Shown in pieces: positions 1 to 9,741 of a DNA stretch of 64,000 nucleotides; position 1 is the stretch's first letter, and every line of letters starts with the position of its first letter. Below the pieces are notes generated by a model, which was not told where the DNA came from, did no database searches, and was given only the letters and a program-made list of their open reading frames with translations. The stretch is from a virus. The stretch covers positions 1 to 64,000 of the IMG/VR virus record IMGVR_UViG_3300021090_000013. One strand, written 5' to 3'. The translations under genes and the position numbers were made by a program.

Positions 1-102
1 GCCTTCTCGTCGCGAGCCCGAAATGGTTGCGATCCAAAGTTCTGGAGTGACGCTACGGAGCGCCGGATCCAAGCCGCCGGATCGCTCTGGTGGGGCTTAA
101 GG

Positions 103-519
103 ATGGCGCGCCCACGCAAGCCGACCGCCCTACGAGTGCTGACCGGAAAAGCCGGCCATCGCCCGCTCCCGAAGAATGAGCCGAAGCCTGAGTTAGGCGC
201 CGTGCCGCCGCCGTGGATGACGGCGCCGGGGGCCGTGGCTGAGTGGGACAGGATGGCTCCGCGCCTGCTCAAGCTGGGGCTGCTCACAGAGGTGGATGGC
301 GAGGCGCTGGCGTTGCTCTGCGGCCACCTGGCAGACGCTGGCGAGCAAATGCGCATGGCCCGGCCGGTGGACCCGCGGTTGACATCGGAGATCCGTCAGT
401 TCCTCGGGCAGTTCGGGCTCACGCCAGCATCACGGGCCAAGGTGACGAGCGCGAATCCGAAGGAAGACGTTGACCCGTTCGCAGCATGGAAGGTCCCGAG
501 TGGCGGCAAGAAAGGCTGA
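103..519 (+). CDS. terS: terminase small subunit, P27 family
   Basis: N-terminal RPRKPTALRVLTGKAGHRPL and C-terminal FGLTPASRAKV are typical of P27-family TerS; lies directly before TerL. Confidence 0.9.
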   Translation: MARPRKPTALRVLTGKAGHRPLPKNEPKPELGAVPPPWMTAPGAVAEWDRMAPRLLKLGLLTEVDGEALALLCGHLADAGEQMRMARPVDPRLTSEIRQFLGQFGLTPASRAKVTSANPKEDVDPFAAWKVPSGGKKG

Positions 520-2263
520 CCAGACTACCGCCTACGCCCGTGGCGTGATCGCCGGGAAGATCCCCGCTGGCCGGTTGGTGATCCTCGCCTGCAAGCGCCA
601 CATCCGCGACCTCAAGGACGGGAAGCGGCGAGGGCTCGTGTGGGACCCTGGGGCGGCAGAGCGTGACATCGGGTTCTTTGCGAAGCTCTGTCACTACAAG
701 GGAGAGTGGGCGGGGAAGCCGCTGATCCTCTCTCCGTGGCAAGCGTTCATTGTCGGAAGCATCTTCGGCTGGAAGAACCGAGACGGGCTGCGCCGTTTCC
801 GAGAAGCCTATGAGGAGGTGCCGCGCAAGAACGGTAAGAGCACGAAGGACGCCGGCTTGGGAATCCGCCTCGCCTTCTTCGACGGCGAGCAAGGGGCCGA
901 GTGCTACTGCGCCGCGACCAAGAAGGACCAGGCGCGGATCATCTGGGGAGACGCGAAGCAGATGGTGCTTCGCACCCCGGCCCTTCGGAAGATGCTGCGC
1001 GTGTTCACCGGCAACCTATCATCCGAGGCGCTTGCGTCGAAGCTCGAGCCGCTTGGGGCCGACGAGGACACCATGGACGGTCTCAACGTGCATGCTGCGA
1101 TGATTGACGAGCTGCACGCGCACAAGACCTCGGGCGTTGTGGACGTGCTCAAGACCGCGACCGGATCGAGGCGCCAGCCACTCATCAAGTACGTCACGAC
1201 GGCCGGATACAACCGGGAGTCCATCTGTTGGAAGCTCCGAGACTACTCGGTCAAGGTGCTCGAGGGCTCGGTGGTAGATGACACCTTCTTTGCCTACATC
1301 GCCTGTGCCGACGAGGGCGACGACTACCGCGACCCGAAGACGTGGGCGAAAGCGAATCCAAATCTAGATGTATCCGTGAGCCGCACCGACCTCGCGCGCA
1401 AGGCAAAGCAGGCGGAGCACATGCCGGCGGCCCTCAACGCATTCTTGAGGCTGCACCTGAACGTCTGGACCGAACAAGCCGACCGCTGGGTAGATATGGA
1501 GGTATGGGACGGTTGCTCGGGTGCGGTCGACGAAGCCGCGCTCAGGGATCGTCACGCAGAGTGCTTCGGTGGCCTCGACATGGCGTCGGTGCGCGACCTG
1601 TCGGCGTTCGCTCTTGTCTTCCCCGACGAGGATGACGGCTTTGACGTGATCTGGAAGTTTTGGATTCCTCGCGAGAGCCTCGAACCAGGCAAGACTCACC
1701 GTAGCGAGCGGGAGAGATTACTCCTCCTGGGATGGGCGACACAGGGGTTCATCACGGTAACCGAGGGCAACGTCACCGACTACGACCTTGTCGAGCGCGA
1801 CATTTTCGAGGCGGCCGAGAGCTACCGAGTTCTAGAGATCGCGCATGACCGCTGGAACATCACTCAGCTCATCACGCATCTGCAAAACGAGTTCGGCACC
1901 GACGAGGATTCAGTGCCTCGCGTCATCGGGTTCGGTCAGGGCTTCCAGAGCATGAGCGCGCCGACCAAGGAGCTGGAGAAGCTACTCCTCGGTCGAAAGA
2001 TCCGGCACGGCGGGAACCCGGTAGCTCGATGGATGGCGGCCAACGTGGTCGTGCGCCAAGACCCGGCTGGCAACATGAAGCCCGACAAGGAGCGCTCAGC
2101 CGAGAAGATCGACGGCATCGTGGCGCTGGTGATGGCCCTGGGTCGTGCGATCACGCGGCCCACTGATGGCGAATCGGTCTATGACCAGCGCTTCACAGCG
2201 AATCGGGACCTCACGGAGAAAGGAAAGCAGGGGCCACCGCAGCCCCTAATCGACGCATGGTGA
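500..2263 (+). CDS. terL: terminase large subunit (Terminase_1 type)
   Basis: Walker A VPRKNGKS, Walker B MIDELHAH, TTAG, nuclease motifs GLDMAS and KIDGIVALVMA; GTG start at 500 inferred. Confidence 0.95.
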   Translation: MAARKADQTTAYARGVIAGKIPAGRLVILACKRHIRDLKDGKRRGLVWDPGAAERDIGFFAKLCHYKGEWAGKPLILSPWQAFIVGSIFGWKNRDGLRRFREAYEEVPRKNGKSTKDAGLGIRLAFFDGEQGAECYCAATKKDQARIIWGDAKQMVLRTPALRKMLRVFTGNLSSEALASKLEPLGADEDTMDGLNVHAAMIDELHAHKTSGVVDVLKTATGSRRQPLIKYVTTAGYNRESICWKLRDYSVKVLEGSVVDDTFFAYIACADEGDDYRDPKTWAKANPNLDVSVSRTDLARKAKQAEHMPAALNAFLRLHLNVWTEQADRWVDMEVWDGCSGAVDEAALRDRHAECFGGLDMASVRDLSAFALVFPDEDDGFDVIWKFWIPRESLEPGKTHRSERERLLLLGWATQGFITVTEGNVTDYDLVERDIFEAAESYRVLEIAHDRWNITQLITHLQNEFGTDEDSVPRVIGFGQGFQSMSAPTKELEKLLLGRKIRHGGNPVARWMAANVVVRQDPAGNMKPDKERSAEKIDGIVALVMALGRAITRPTDGESVYDQRFTANRDLTEKGKQGPPQPLIDAW

Positions 2264-2412
2264 GACTCCAAGCCTCGGTTGTCGACCGTCTTGCCGTCCT
2301 CGCCGGTGCGGGGCTCGTCCTCTATGGCGTGTCCATGTGGTCACGACCAGCAGCCGTCATCCTCGCCGGGCTGTTCCTGTTGGCCGGCGCTCTATGGAGG
2401 ACTCGCCAGTGA
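2257..2412 (+). CDS. small two-TM membrane protein between terminase and portal
   Basis: Hand-translated MVRLQASVVDRLAVLAGAGLVLYGVSMWSRPAAVILAGLFLLAGALWRTRQ; overlaps both neighbours; usual position in HK97-like phages; below the ORF-track cutoff. Confidence 0.7.
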   Translation: MVRLQASVVDRLAVLAGAGLVLYGVSMWSRPAAVILAGLFLLAGALWRTRQ

Positions 2413-3986
2413 CCAGCATGGTTTCGTGGCTTCTCGGTGTGCCGAAGGCGGGTGCTCTCGATGCGCTGGATGACCGGTACTATGAGCCGGCGAGTAGCCT
2501 CTCTCGTGCAGGCGTTCGGGTCTCCGCCGATTCGGCGATGAAGTCGTCTGCCGTTTACCGCTGCGTCTCGATCCTCGCGAACGTGCTGGCGATGTTTCCG
2601 AAGGCAATGTATGAGCACCTTGACCGAGGGCGTCGGCCGGCTCCAGACCATCCGCTCGACGAGATCATCAGCTTCCGCCCGAATCGCCGCCAGAACGCTT
2701 TCGTGTTCTGGCGCCAGGTCTGCTACCACCTGATGCTGCGCCAGAACGCGTTCGTCCAGATCATCCCCGGCGCCTCTGGCCGTGGTTGGGTTGGCGGGCT
2801 CGTCCCCCTGCACCCGGATCGCATCCGGGGACCAGAGGAGCTTCCAGACGGCTCCTTACGCTACCTATACCAGCGCCCGAACGGAGGACCTGCGGTTCCC
2901 ATGATCGGCGGAATCGACATCTGGCACCTACACGGCCTGAGTTCAGACGGGCTCAAGGGCCTGTCGATGCTCGACGTAGCCGACGACTCTATCGGTCTGT
3001 CCCTTGCGGCTGAGCGTCACGCGGCTCGGTTCTTCCAGCGCGGGGTGAAGCCGACCGGGATCTTGCAGCACGAGAAGACGCTCAAGGCCGAGACCGCGCG
3101 GGAGATGAGCGAATCGTTCGGGCGCGTCTACGGCGGCGAAGAGGGGACCGGTAAGGTTCCGGTCCTCTGGGAGGGGATGAAGTTCAACCCCATCTCGATG
3201 ACCTTGAAAGACGCCGAGTTCTTGGACTCGCGGAAGTTCTCGGTGTCTGAGATCGCTCGGTGGTTCGGCGTGCCGCCCCACATGGTTGGCGATGTCGAGC
3301 GCAGCACGTCTTGGGGAACCGGGATTGAGCAACAGGGGCTCCACTTCCTGATCTACTCTCTCCTGCCCTGGATCGAGTTGATCGAGCAGTCCATCCGGTT
3401 CACGCTCGTGGTGCAGCCCGACAAGTTCTACCCGAAGTTCAACGTCAACGCGATCTTGCGGATGGACGCGAAGGCGCAGGCCGACGTGTTCGCGATCTTG
3501 GTCGACAAGGGCATCCTCAACCCTAACGAGTGCCGCGAGCTGCTGGAGCGCAACCCGCGCAAGGGCGGCGACGAGTACGCGAAGCCAGGCGCCGCGCAAC
3601 CGCCTCCGGCGCCGTCCTTGCCCGATGCGATGCGTCCAATGGAGCCGGACTCTGACGAGGTTGACGCAGCCCGGGCCCTCGCAACCGCCAGCGCGATCGC
3701 GCACGCGCGGGCCCTGGAGCTACTCGACGAGGAGCGCCAGTCCCTCTCCCGGCTCGCCAAGGAGCACGCCAAGCAGGGCGAGGCGTTCCGGGCGGCAGCC
3801 GCTCGCTTCTACGGCCACTTTTCGGGCCGCGTCTCGGTGGCTATGGCCTGCGACAAGACCTCGGCCAAGGGCTGGTGTGAGACCAGGCGCGGCCTTGTGC
3901 TCTCGGATGGGATTGCCGGACTGACGGACCAGAACCAGGCGGCAGCGGCGCTCGTCGCCATTGCCCTGAATGGAGGGCCCGCATGA
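2409..3986 (+). CDS. portal protein, HK97 family
   Basis: SAVYRCVSILA, LVPLHPDRI, DAEFLDSRKFSVSEIARWFGVPPH, GILNPNECR motifs; has a C-terminal extension. Confidence 0.95.
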   Translation: MTSMVSWLLGVPKAGALDALDDRYYEPASSLSRAGVRVSADSAMKSSAVYRCVSILANVLAMFPKAMYEHLDRGRRPAPDHPLDEIISFRPNRRQNAFVFWRQVCYHLMLRQNAFVQIIPGASGRGWVGGLVPLHPDRIRGPEELPDGSLRYLYQRPNGGPAVPMIGGIDIWHLHGLSSDGLKGLSMLDVADDSIGLSLAAERHAARFFQRGVKPTGILQHEKTLKAETAREMSESFGRVYGGEEGTGKVPVLWEGMKFNPISMTLKDAEFLDSRKFSVSEIARWFGVPPHMVGDVERSTSWGTGIEQQGLHFLIYSLLPWIELIEQSIRFTLVVQPDKFYPKFNVNAILRMDAKAQADVFAILVDKGILNPNECRELLERNPRKGGDEYAKPGAAQPPPAPSLPDAMRPMEPDSDEVDAARALATASAIAHARALELLDEERQSLSRLAKEHAKQGEAFRAAAARFYGHFSGRVSVAMACDKTSAKGWCETRRGLVLSDGIAGLTDQNQAAAALVAIALNGGPA

Positions 3987-4276
3987 ACGAGCGGATGACT
4001 GAGGCAGAGCTGTTGGAGGCCGAAGAGATAGTCAGGGCGGCCGAACATGATGCCGCTCCTCTCCGTCTGGAAATCCTTGATGTTGCAAAACAAGCGGTCG
4101 CCGAGGTGCGCCGGCTGCGGGGCCTACTCAAGCCTTTCTCCGGAAACGTAGGCTATGACACCTGCTGCATTGGCTGCGGCGACGCCATGCATGCAATGGG
4201 CGAGCCGGGACATAGCCCTGAGTGCCCATGGATACCACTGGAAGCCGAGGCGAGCGCGATCCGCGCTGAGGAGTGA
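3983..4276 (+). CDS. hypothetical protein
   Basis: ATGA overlap with portal stop; CCIGC and HSPECPW motifs. Confidence 0.55.
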   Translation: MNERMTEAELLEAEEIVRAAEHDAAPLRLEILDVAKQAVAEVRRLRGLLKPFSGNVGYDTCCIGCGDAMHAMGEPGHSPECPWIPLEAEASAIRAEE

Positions 4277-4280
4277 CGCC

Positions 4281-5258
4281 ATGTTGAGCCTGCTTCATGC
4301 CGTAGCTGGTCGCCCCTGGGCGATCCAGGCCGAGATAGCGTTCCACATCCGGGGCTTGCTGGCCAAGGAGGGGATCGCCGGCCTACGCCATCTCGCGGAG
4401 CTCAAGAGCGGCGTCCACGCCTTCGACGAGGACCGACCGCGCGCCGCCAGTCGCCAAGCGTTCATGGACACGGGCGGCACCGTGGCGGTCATCCCGGTCA
4501 TCGGTACGCTGACCCAGCGCGGAGACATGATCGGCAGCGCCCAGACGCGGTCGACCGCCGAGATCGCTGCCGAGGTGCGGGCGGCCGCTGCCGAGCCATC
4601 AGTCGACGGCATCTTGCTTGAGATCGACTCCCCGGGCGGGGAAGTGTTCGGCATCCCCGAAGCGTGGGCTTCGATACGCGAGTCCGGCCGGATGAAGCCG
4701 GTCGTAGCGCACGCGAACAGCATCGCGGCTTCAGCGGCTCTCTACCTGGCGAGCGCGGCCAATGAGTTCTGGATCACGCCCAGCGGCGAGGCGGGTAGCG
4801 TGGGCGTCTACGCGCTCCACGTGGACATGGGCAAGGCTCTGGAGAGCATGGGTGAAGCCTGGGACTTCATCGTGGCCTCCAAGAGCCCCTACAAGATCGA
4901 GGGCAACCCATCAGGCCCGCTCACCGACGAAGCCAGGGGATACCTCCAGCGGAACATCGACCGCTATATGGGCATGTTCCTGCGCGACCTCGCCCGCGGC
5001 CGCGGCGTGTCGGAGAAGCGCGTTGAAGCGGACTTCGGGGGCGGCCGGATGCTGAATCCAGCCCAGGCTGTCGCTGTGGGGATGGCTGATGGGGTGGCCA
5101 GCTTCGATCAAGCCGTCAGGCGATCGGCAGACCTCGGGCGCCATCGCGGAGGCGGCCCCCGGGCGGACCTTGCAGGGCCAGAACCGGTCGCGGAAGATCC
5201 TGCCGCTCTTGCGGCCTGGGCAGCTCTTGCCGGCGTGAAATTGGAGGGACTCGAATGA
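4281..5258 (+). CDS. S49 family prohead protease
   Basis: LEIDSPGGEV, AASAALYLASAA, AGSVGVY motifs; between portal and capsid. Confidence 0.9.
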   Translation: MLSLLHAVAGRPWAIQAEIAFHIRGLLAKEGIAGLRHLAELKSGVHAFDEDRPRAASRQAFMDTGGTVAVIPVIGTLTQRGDMIGSAQTRSTAEIAAEVRAAAAEPSVDGILLEIDSPGGEVFGIPEAWASIRESGRMKPVVAHANSIAASAALYLASAANEFWITPSGEAGSVGVYALHVDMGKALESMGEAWDFIVASKSPYKIEGNPSGPLTDEARGYLQRNIDRYMGMFLRDLARGRGVSEKRVEADFGGGRMLNPAQAVAVGMADGVASFDQAVRRSADLGRHRGGGPRADLAGPEPVAEDPAALAAWAALAGVKLEGLE

Positions 5259-5647
5259 GCGTACTTGTGGCAACCCCGCTTGAGGCCGCCGGTGTCAATC
5301 TCTGCACGACGCTGACCGGTAACGTCGACTCCACGAACACGATGGACCGCGGCTACACCCTCGGGGGCCCGTCCCTCCTGCGGGTAACCTCGACCATCGG
5401 GGCGGGGCCGACCGTGAAGTTCGACATCCAGGGCTCGATGGATGGTGTCGTGTTCTTCAACGTCCCCTATAGCCTGATCGCCACGCCGGAGACCTGGGTG
5501 GTGGCGCAGATCACGATCACGACGGCGGTCACTGCCTACTACGTCCTCAAGGGCAATGTGCCCTGGAAGTACCTCAAGACAGTGATGAGCCTGAACACGA
5601 ACGTGACTCTCACCGTGGACGCCTGGCCCACGTATTACAAGGGCTAA
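5255..5647 (+). CDS. hypothetical head-region protein (beta-rich)
   Basis: Coupled to protease stop; phage-like codon usage. Confidence 0.65.
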   Translation: MSVLVATPLEAAGVNLCTTLTGNVDSTNTMDRGYTLGGPSLLRVTSTIGAGPTVKFDIQGSMDGVVFFNVPYSLIATPETWVVAQITITTAVTAYYVLKGNVPWKYLKTVMSLNTNVTLTVDAWPTYYKG

Positions 5648-5659
5648 GAATGGGGGGGC

Positions 5660-5679
5660 TTGACAGCCTATGGTATAAT
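5660..5679 (+). promoter_or_regulatory. putative late promoter: TTGACA-N8-TATAAT (extended -10 TGnTATAAT)
   Basis: TTGACA gcctatgg TATAAT in the intergenic gap before the capsid gene. Confidence 0.6.
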
Positions 5680-5757
5680 CCTCAGTGACGTAGAAAGGGC
5701 TCCGGTCGCCTCAGCCTTCGGGCCTCTCCGACCGACCATCGCAGCACCGCGCCACTG

Positions 5758-5819
5758 GCGCCCCTGCTGTTTCGGCATCTGACGTTTTTCAGGTGCCGGC
5801 CAGGGGCGCTTTTGCTTTT
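5758..5819 (+). terminator. intrinsic terminator-like hairpin in capsid gene leader
   Basis: GCGCCCCTG/CAGGGGCGC outer stem and CGGCATCTGA/TCAGGTGCCG inner stem, followed by TTTTGCTTTT. Confidence 0.65.
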
Positions 5820-5844
5820 CCGGGCCGGCGCATCAGGAGCTGCG

Positions 5845-7227
5845 ATGGAACGACTAAAGGAACTCGAAGTCGATCGCGAGGATCGGCGCGCCCAGGTGAA
5901 GGAGATCCTGACCGCGGCCGGCAAGGACAAGCGGACCTTGTCCGAGGACGAGCGGCAGAAGGCCGCGACCCTCACCAAGGAACTCGAGCAGATCGAAGCG
6001 ACGATCAAGCTCGAGGAGCAGACGCTCGACTGGAACCGGACCTCAGCCGTTGCGGTCGATCGCCCCGCCGGCGAGGTGACCAAGCCGTTCAAGCCCTACG
6101 CTGCGGGTCTCGGGGGTGCCAAGAACCCCTGGGGAGATTGCAGCAACGAACGCGGGCTGCAGATGGCATTCGGCAGCTTCTTGCAGGCCGTGGCGTCGTG
6201 CGCCAAGGGTGGCCCATCAGACCCCCGCCTCTCCATGATGCCGATGGCTGCCGCCAGCGGCCTCAACACGTCGGTGGGCTCCGAGGGCGGCTTCCTCGTC
6301 CGCACCGACTTCTCGACTGCGCTACTGGCGCGGGCGATGGGGGAATCAGTCCTAGCCAATCGCTGCACCACGATCGACATAGGGGACGGTTCGGATGGCA
6401 TCGAACTGCCCTACATCGACGAGACCAGCCGGGCGACCGGCTCTCGCTGGGGCGGCGTCCAGGTCTACCGGCGCGCCGAGGCGGACACCGTCACCGCGTC
6501 CAAGCCGAAGCTCGGAATGCTGGAGATTCGGCTGGAAGACCTGATGGGAATCTGCTACGCGACCGACCGCTCCCTGCGTGACGCGACCAGCCTCGGTCAG
6601 ATCATCCAGACGGCGTTCTCGTCCGAGTTCGCCTTCCGCGTCGACGACGAGATCATCCGTGGTTCTGGCGCCGGGCAGTGCCAGGGCCTGCTGTCCTCGG
6701 GGGCCCTCGTGAGCCAGGCAAAGGAAACGGTCCCCGCCCAGCTCGCGGACACGTTCATCACCGAGAACGCGCTGAAGATGCGTTCGAGGATGCCCGCCAG
6801 GCTCCGCAGCGACGGCGCATGGTACATCAACATGGAGTTGGAACCGCAACTCCCGATGATGACCGTCAAGGTTCTCAACGTGGCTGGCACCGAGTGGGTC
6901 GGCGGAGGCGCTCCGATCTACATGCCGGCGAACGGTCTCGCTGGCCAGCAGCACGACACGCTCTTTGGGAAGCCGATCATTCCCATCGAGCAGTGCGCGG
7001 CCATCGGAGACAAGGGTGACGTCTTCTTCCTCGCCCTCCGCGAATATCTGCTCATCCGCAAGGGTGCGCTGGAGACGGCGGAATCCATCCACGTGCGCTT
7101 TCTCTACGGGGAGAACACGTTCCGCTTCACCTATCGAATCAACGGGGCTCCGGCCTGGAAGACCAGCCTGGCTCCCTACAAGGGCACGCTGGCCCTCAGC
7201 CCCTTCGTCACACTCGACGCGCGGTAA
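5845..7227 (+). CDS. major capsid protein, HK97 fold with N-terminal delta domain
   Basis: AGGAG RBS; coiled-coil N-terminus; EGGFLV, TLFGKPII, and SPFVTL at the C-terminus. Confidence 0.95.
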   Translation: MERLKELEVDREDRRAQVKEILTAAGKDKRTLSEDERQKAATLTKELEQIEATIKLEEQTLDWNRTSAVAVDRPAGEVTKPFKPYAAGLGGAKNPWGDCSNERGLQMAFGSFLQAVASCAKGGPSDPRLSMMPMAAASGLNTSVGSEGGFLVRTDFSTALLARAMGESVLANRCTTIDIGDGSDGIELPYIDETSRATGSRWGGVQVYRRAEADTVTASKPKLGMLEIRLEDLMGICYATDRSLRDATSLGQIIQTAFSSEFAFRVDDEIIRGSGAGQCQGLLSSGALVSQAKETVPAQLADTFITENALKMRSRMPARLRSDGAWYINMELEPQLPMMTVKVLNVAGTEWVGGGAPIYMPANGLAGQQHDTLFGKPIIPIEQCAAIGDKGDVFFLALREYLLIRKGALETAESIHVRFLYGENTFRFTYRINGAPAWKTSLAPYKGTLALSPFVTLDAR

Positions 7228-7239
7228 GGAGCAAAGGTC

Positions 7240-7728
7240 ATGTCCCATCTCTGCATTCCACAGGACGCCGTACCGTTCTCGCTCCTCCCGCCGGCAGCCG
7301 ATGCCGCTGGGCGGACCTCGGTCTACAAGAGCCTCAAGGGCGCTGTCAAGGCGTGGATCGTCGTCTATATCAACCAGGGGGCCGCGAACACCGTCCTCCT
7401 GAGCCCGATGCAGGCGCTGAACGTGTCCGCCGGTTCAGCCATTGCCTGCCGGGCCTGCCGCATCTACTCGAAGCTCACTGCGGCGACGGTGGACTTCACG
7501 CAGGACACCGAGGCCACCACCTACACCACGGACGCCGGAACCGACGCCAAGGTGATCATCTTCGAGATCGACCCGAACAAGAGCCTGACCCCCGAACACG
7601 CCACCGGCGTCTACGACTGCGTCGCTGTGTCGACTGGAGCCAGCGCCGCCGCCAACATCACCTCGGCGATGCTCTGGATTCAGCCGAAGCACCAGGGCAC
7701 CGGGATCACCAACGTTCTGGCTGACTAG
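7240..7728 (+). CDS. putative capsid-associated protein
   Basis: Strong RBS; immediately after the capsid gene; Ala/Thr beta-rich. Confidence 0.6.
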   Translation: MSHLCIPQDAVPFSLLPPAADAAGRTSVYKSLKGAVKAWIVVYINQGAANTVLLSPMQALNVSAGSAIACRACRIYSKLTAATVDFTQDTEATTYTTDAGTDAKVIIFEIDPNKSLTPEHATGVYDCVAVSTGASAAANITSAMLWIQPKHQGTGITNVLAD

Positions 7729-7807
7729 GCGGGGGTTCGTGACAAGGCGCTCCCGCGCGTGGGTTAAGGCTCTCGCGCGGGGGCGGCATCGCAAGAGGAG
7801 ATGAGCG

Positions 7808-8032
7808 ATGAAGGTTCGGATTCTGAGCGGTAGTCAGGCCGGTGCCGTCGTCGAGCAAGAGCAGACCGAGGCCGAGTCCAACATCTCGACCGGATTCGCC
7901 GAGGCCGTGACGGACGGCTTCGTCGAGTGGGGACCTGGCCCTGGGCTCCCGGTGCTGCTCCATCAGGACCAGGTCATTCCAGCCGAAGCAGAGCCCGAGA
8001 AGAAGCCCGAGAAGGCGAAGCACGGACGGTAG
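7808..8032 (+). CDS. hypothetical protein
   Basis: GAGGAG RBS; small gene at the usual position before the connector. Confidence 0.55.
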   Translation: MKVRILSGSQAGAVVEQEQTEAESNISTGFAEAVTDGFVEWGPGPGLPVLLHQDQVIPAEAEPEKKPEKAKHGR

Positions 8033-8034
8033 CT

Positions 8035-8598
8035 GTGGACTCGAACCTCTATCTCGTCACTGCTCCAGCTACGGAGCCGGTGAGTCTCGACGAGGTGAGA
8101 GCGCAGGCTCGGGCCGGCGTCGAAGAGGACACCTACCTTGCCACCCTGGGCAAGGCTGCCCGGGAGTGGGCGGAGGCGTTCACGGCCAGGGCGTTCATCA
8201 CTCAGACGTGGGAACTCAAGCTCCACTGTTTCCCGGATGGCGCGATCGAGCTGCCGAAACCTCCGCTGGTTTCGGTCACCTCGGTCACGTATCTCGACAC
8301 GTCTAACGTCGAGCAGACGTGGCACGTCAGCCAATACATCGTGACCGGGATCGCCGCCGAGACCGCCCGCGGAAAGATTCAGCCGGAGTGGGGGATCGTT
8401 TATCCCTCCACCCTTCGCGTTCCCGATGCGGTGCGGGTCGTGTTCGTAGCCGGATATGGAGCGGCTTCCTTGGTTCCGCAGGGGATCAAGAACGCACTCC
8501 TACTCCACGCGGCCGAGGCGTTCCAGAACCGAGAGCGGCCGGACTTCTCGCTCGCCGAGAACACCATCTGGCCATGGGTTCAGACGAGGTTCGACTGA
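8035..8598 (+). CDS. head-tail connector (gp6-like / phiE125 gp8 type)
   Basis: LVTAPATEPVSLDEVR, FTARAFITQTW, FVAGYG, VPQGIKNALL motifs. Confidence 0.9.
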   Translation: MDSNLYLVTAPATEPVSLDEVRAQARAGVEEDTYLATLGKAAREWAEAFTARAFITQTWELKLHCFPDGAIELPKPPLVSVTSVTYLDTSNVEQTWHVSQYIVTGIAAETARGKIQPEWGIVYPSTLRVPDAVRVVFVAGYGAASLVPQGIKNALLLHAAEAFQNRERPDFSLAENTIWPWVQTRFD

Positions 8599-8933
8599 TG
8601 CTCTCATCGGGACCGCGTGACCGCCGGGTGCGATTCGAGCAGGCGCAAGAGGTTGTGTCCGAGAGCGGGGAGAAGACGCTGGTGTGGCTTCCCTTCTTCA
8701 CCACCTGGGCCGAGCGCACGCCGCTGAGCGGGACCGAACTCTACCAGGCCCAGCAGCTAGCGGCCAAGGTCGACACGCGGTTCCGGATTCTCTGGGGCTC
8801 GGCGCCTTCGGAAGTCACCCCGACTTCGACCTATCGCCTCGTGTGCGAGGGCCGGACCTACGACATCACGCACGTGTCTGAAGTCGGACGCCGCGGCGGC
8901 CTGGAGCTCCTGGCCACTGCGAGGACCGAGTGA
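8598..8933 (+). CDS. head closure protein (SPP1 gp16-like)
   Basis: GPRDRRVRFEQ, TWAERTPLSGTE, GRTYDITHV; synteny. Confidence 0.85.
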   Translation: MLSSGPRDRRVRFEQAQEVVSESGEKTLVWLPFFTTWAERTPLSGTELYQAQQLAAKVDTRFRILWGSAPSEVTPTSTYRLVCEGRTYDITHVSEVGRRGGLELLATARTE

Positions 8934-9346
8934 GCAACAAGGCTGGCGTCACGGTGACAGGCTTCGCGGAGCTGGAACGGGCGCTCAAGGCGCTGCCCCG
9001 CGCGGTCGAGTTGCGCGTCGCGCGCGCGACCTTGCGCGACCTGGCCGAGCCGCTACGGGCCGGGATGGCGCAGCGGGCCCCGCGCTCGCGCTTCGCGAAG
9101 TGGCACCTGGCCGACTCCATCGTGGTCAAGCCGGTGAAGGAAGAGAACACGACGGTGAGCATCGCGGTCGGCCCCGAGCGGTACTTCTTCTACGGGCGCT
9201 TCGTTGAGTGGGGCGCGTCGCGCCGCCCCGCTCACCCGTTCATGCGCCCCGCCTGGGACGAGTTCAAGCCCTACGCGCTCGAGGCTTTGGGCGCCGCGCT
9301 CTGGGCGCGCATCACCGCCGCCGCGCGAAGGCTGGCCAAGCGATGA
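8930..9346 (+). CDS. HK97 gp10 family tail completion protein
   Basis: VTGFAELERALKAL and FYGRFVEWGASRRPAHPFMRPAWD. Confidence 0.9.
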   Translation: MSNKAGVTVTGFAELERALKALPRAVELRVARATLRDLAEPLRAGMAQRAPRSRFAKWHLADSIVVKPVKEENTTVSIAVGPERYFFYGRFVEWGASRRPAHPFMRPAWDEFKPYALEALGAALWARITAAARRLAKR

Positions 9347-9738
9347 CGCCCGTCGAGACCGCGCTCCGCACGCGACTGCTGGCGGATCCGGTTGTGGCCG
9401 GGCTCGTGCTCGACCGCATCGCCCCCTCGCCACTCGCCCAGGCGTCGGTGTTGCCGGCGATCACCTACCAGCGCGTCAGTGGTGCCCGTGGCGAGACGTT
9501 CTCCGGCCCCTCGGGGTTGGCGTGGCCGCGCATCCAGTTCGACTGCTGGGCGGGCTCCCACGCCGCGGCGCGGGGCCTGTTCGACGCCCTCCGCGTCTCG
9601 CTCAACGGGGCGGCGTTCATCGCATCCGGGGTAGTGGTCCAGAAAGCCCAGGTCATCAGCGAGACGGACTTCTATGAGTCGGACGTCAAGCTTCACCGCG
9701 TTTCCGCCGACCTCATGGTCTGGCACGAAGAGGAGTAG
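9343..9738 (+). CDS. tail terminator (DUF3168-like)
   Basis: LPAITYQRVSG and PRIQFDCWA motifs; synteny. Confidence 0.85.
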   Translation: MTPVETALRTRLLADPVVAGLVLDRIAPSPLAQASVLPAITYQRVSGARGETFSGPSGLAWPRIQFDCWAGSHAAARGLFDALRVSLNGAAFIASGVVVQKAQVISETDFYESDVKLHRVSADLMVWHEEE

Positions 9739-9741
9739 CAC

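Noticed and set aside
3580-3986. C-terminal extension of portal 1 as a separate fused domain
   Set aside because: No recognisable motif; such extensions are common in HK97-type portals
7750-7783. Hairpin after the capsid-associated gene as a terminator or ncRNA
   Set aside because: GC stem without a following T-run; insufficient evidence for a call
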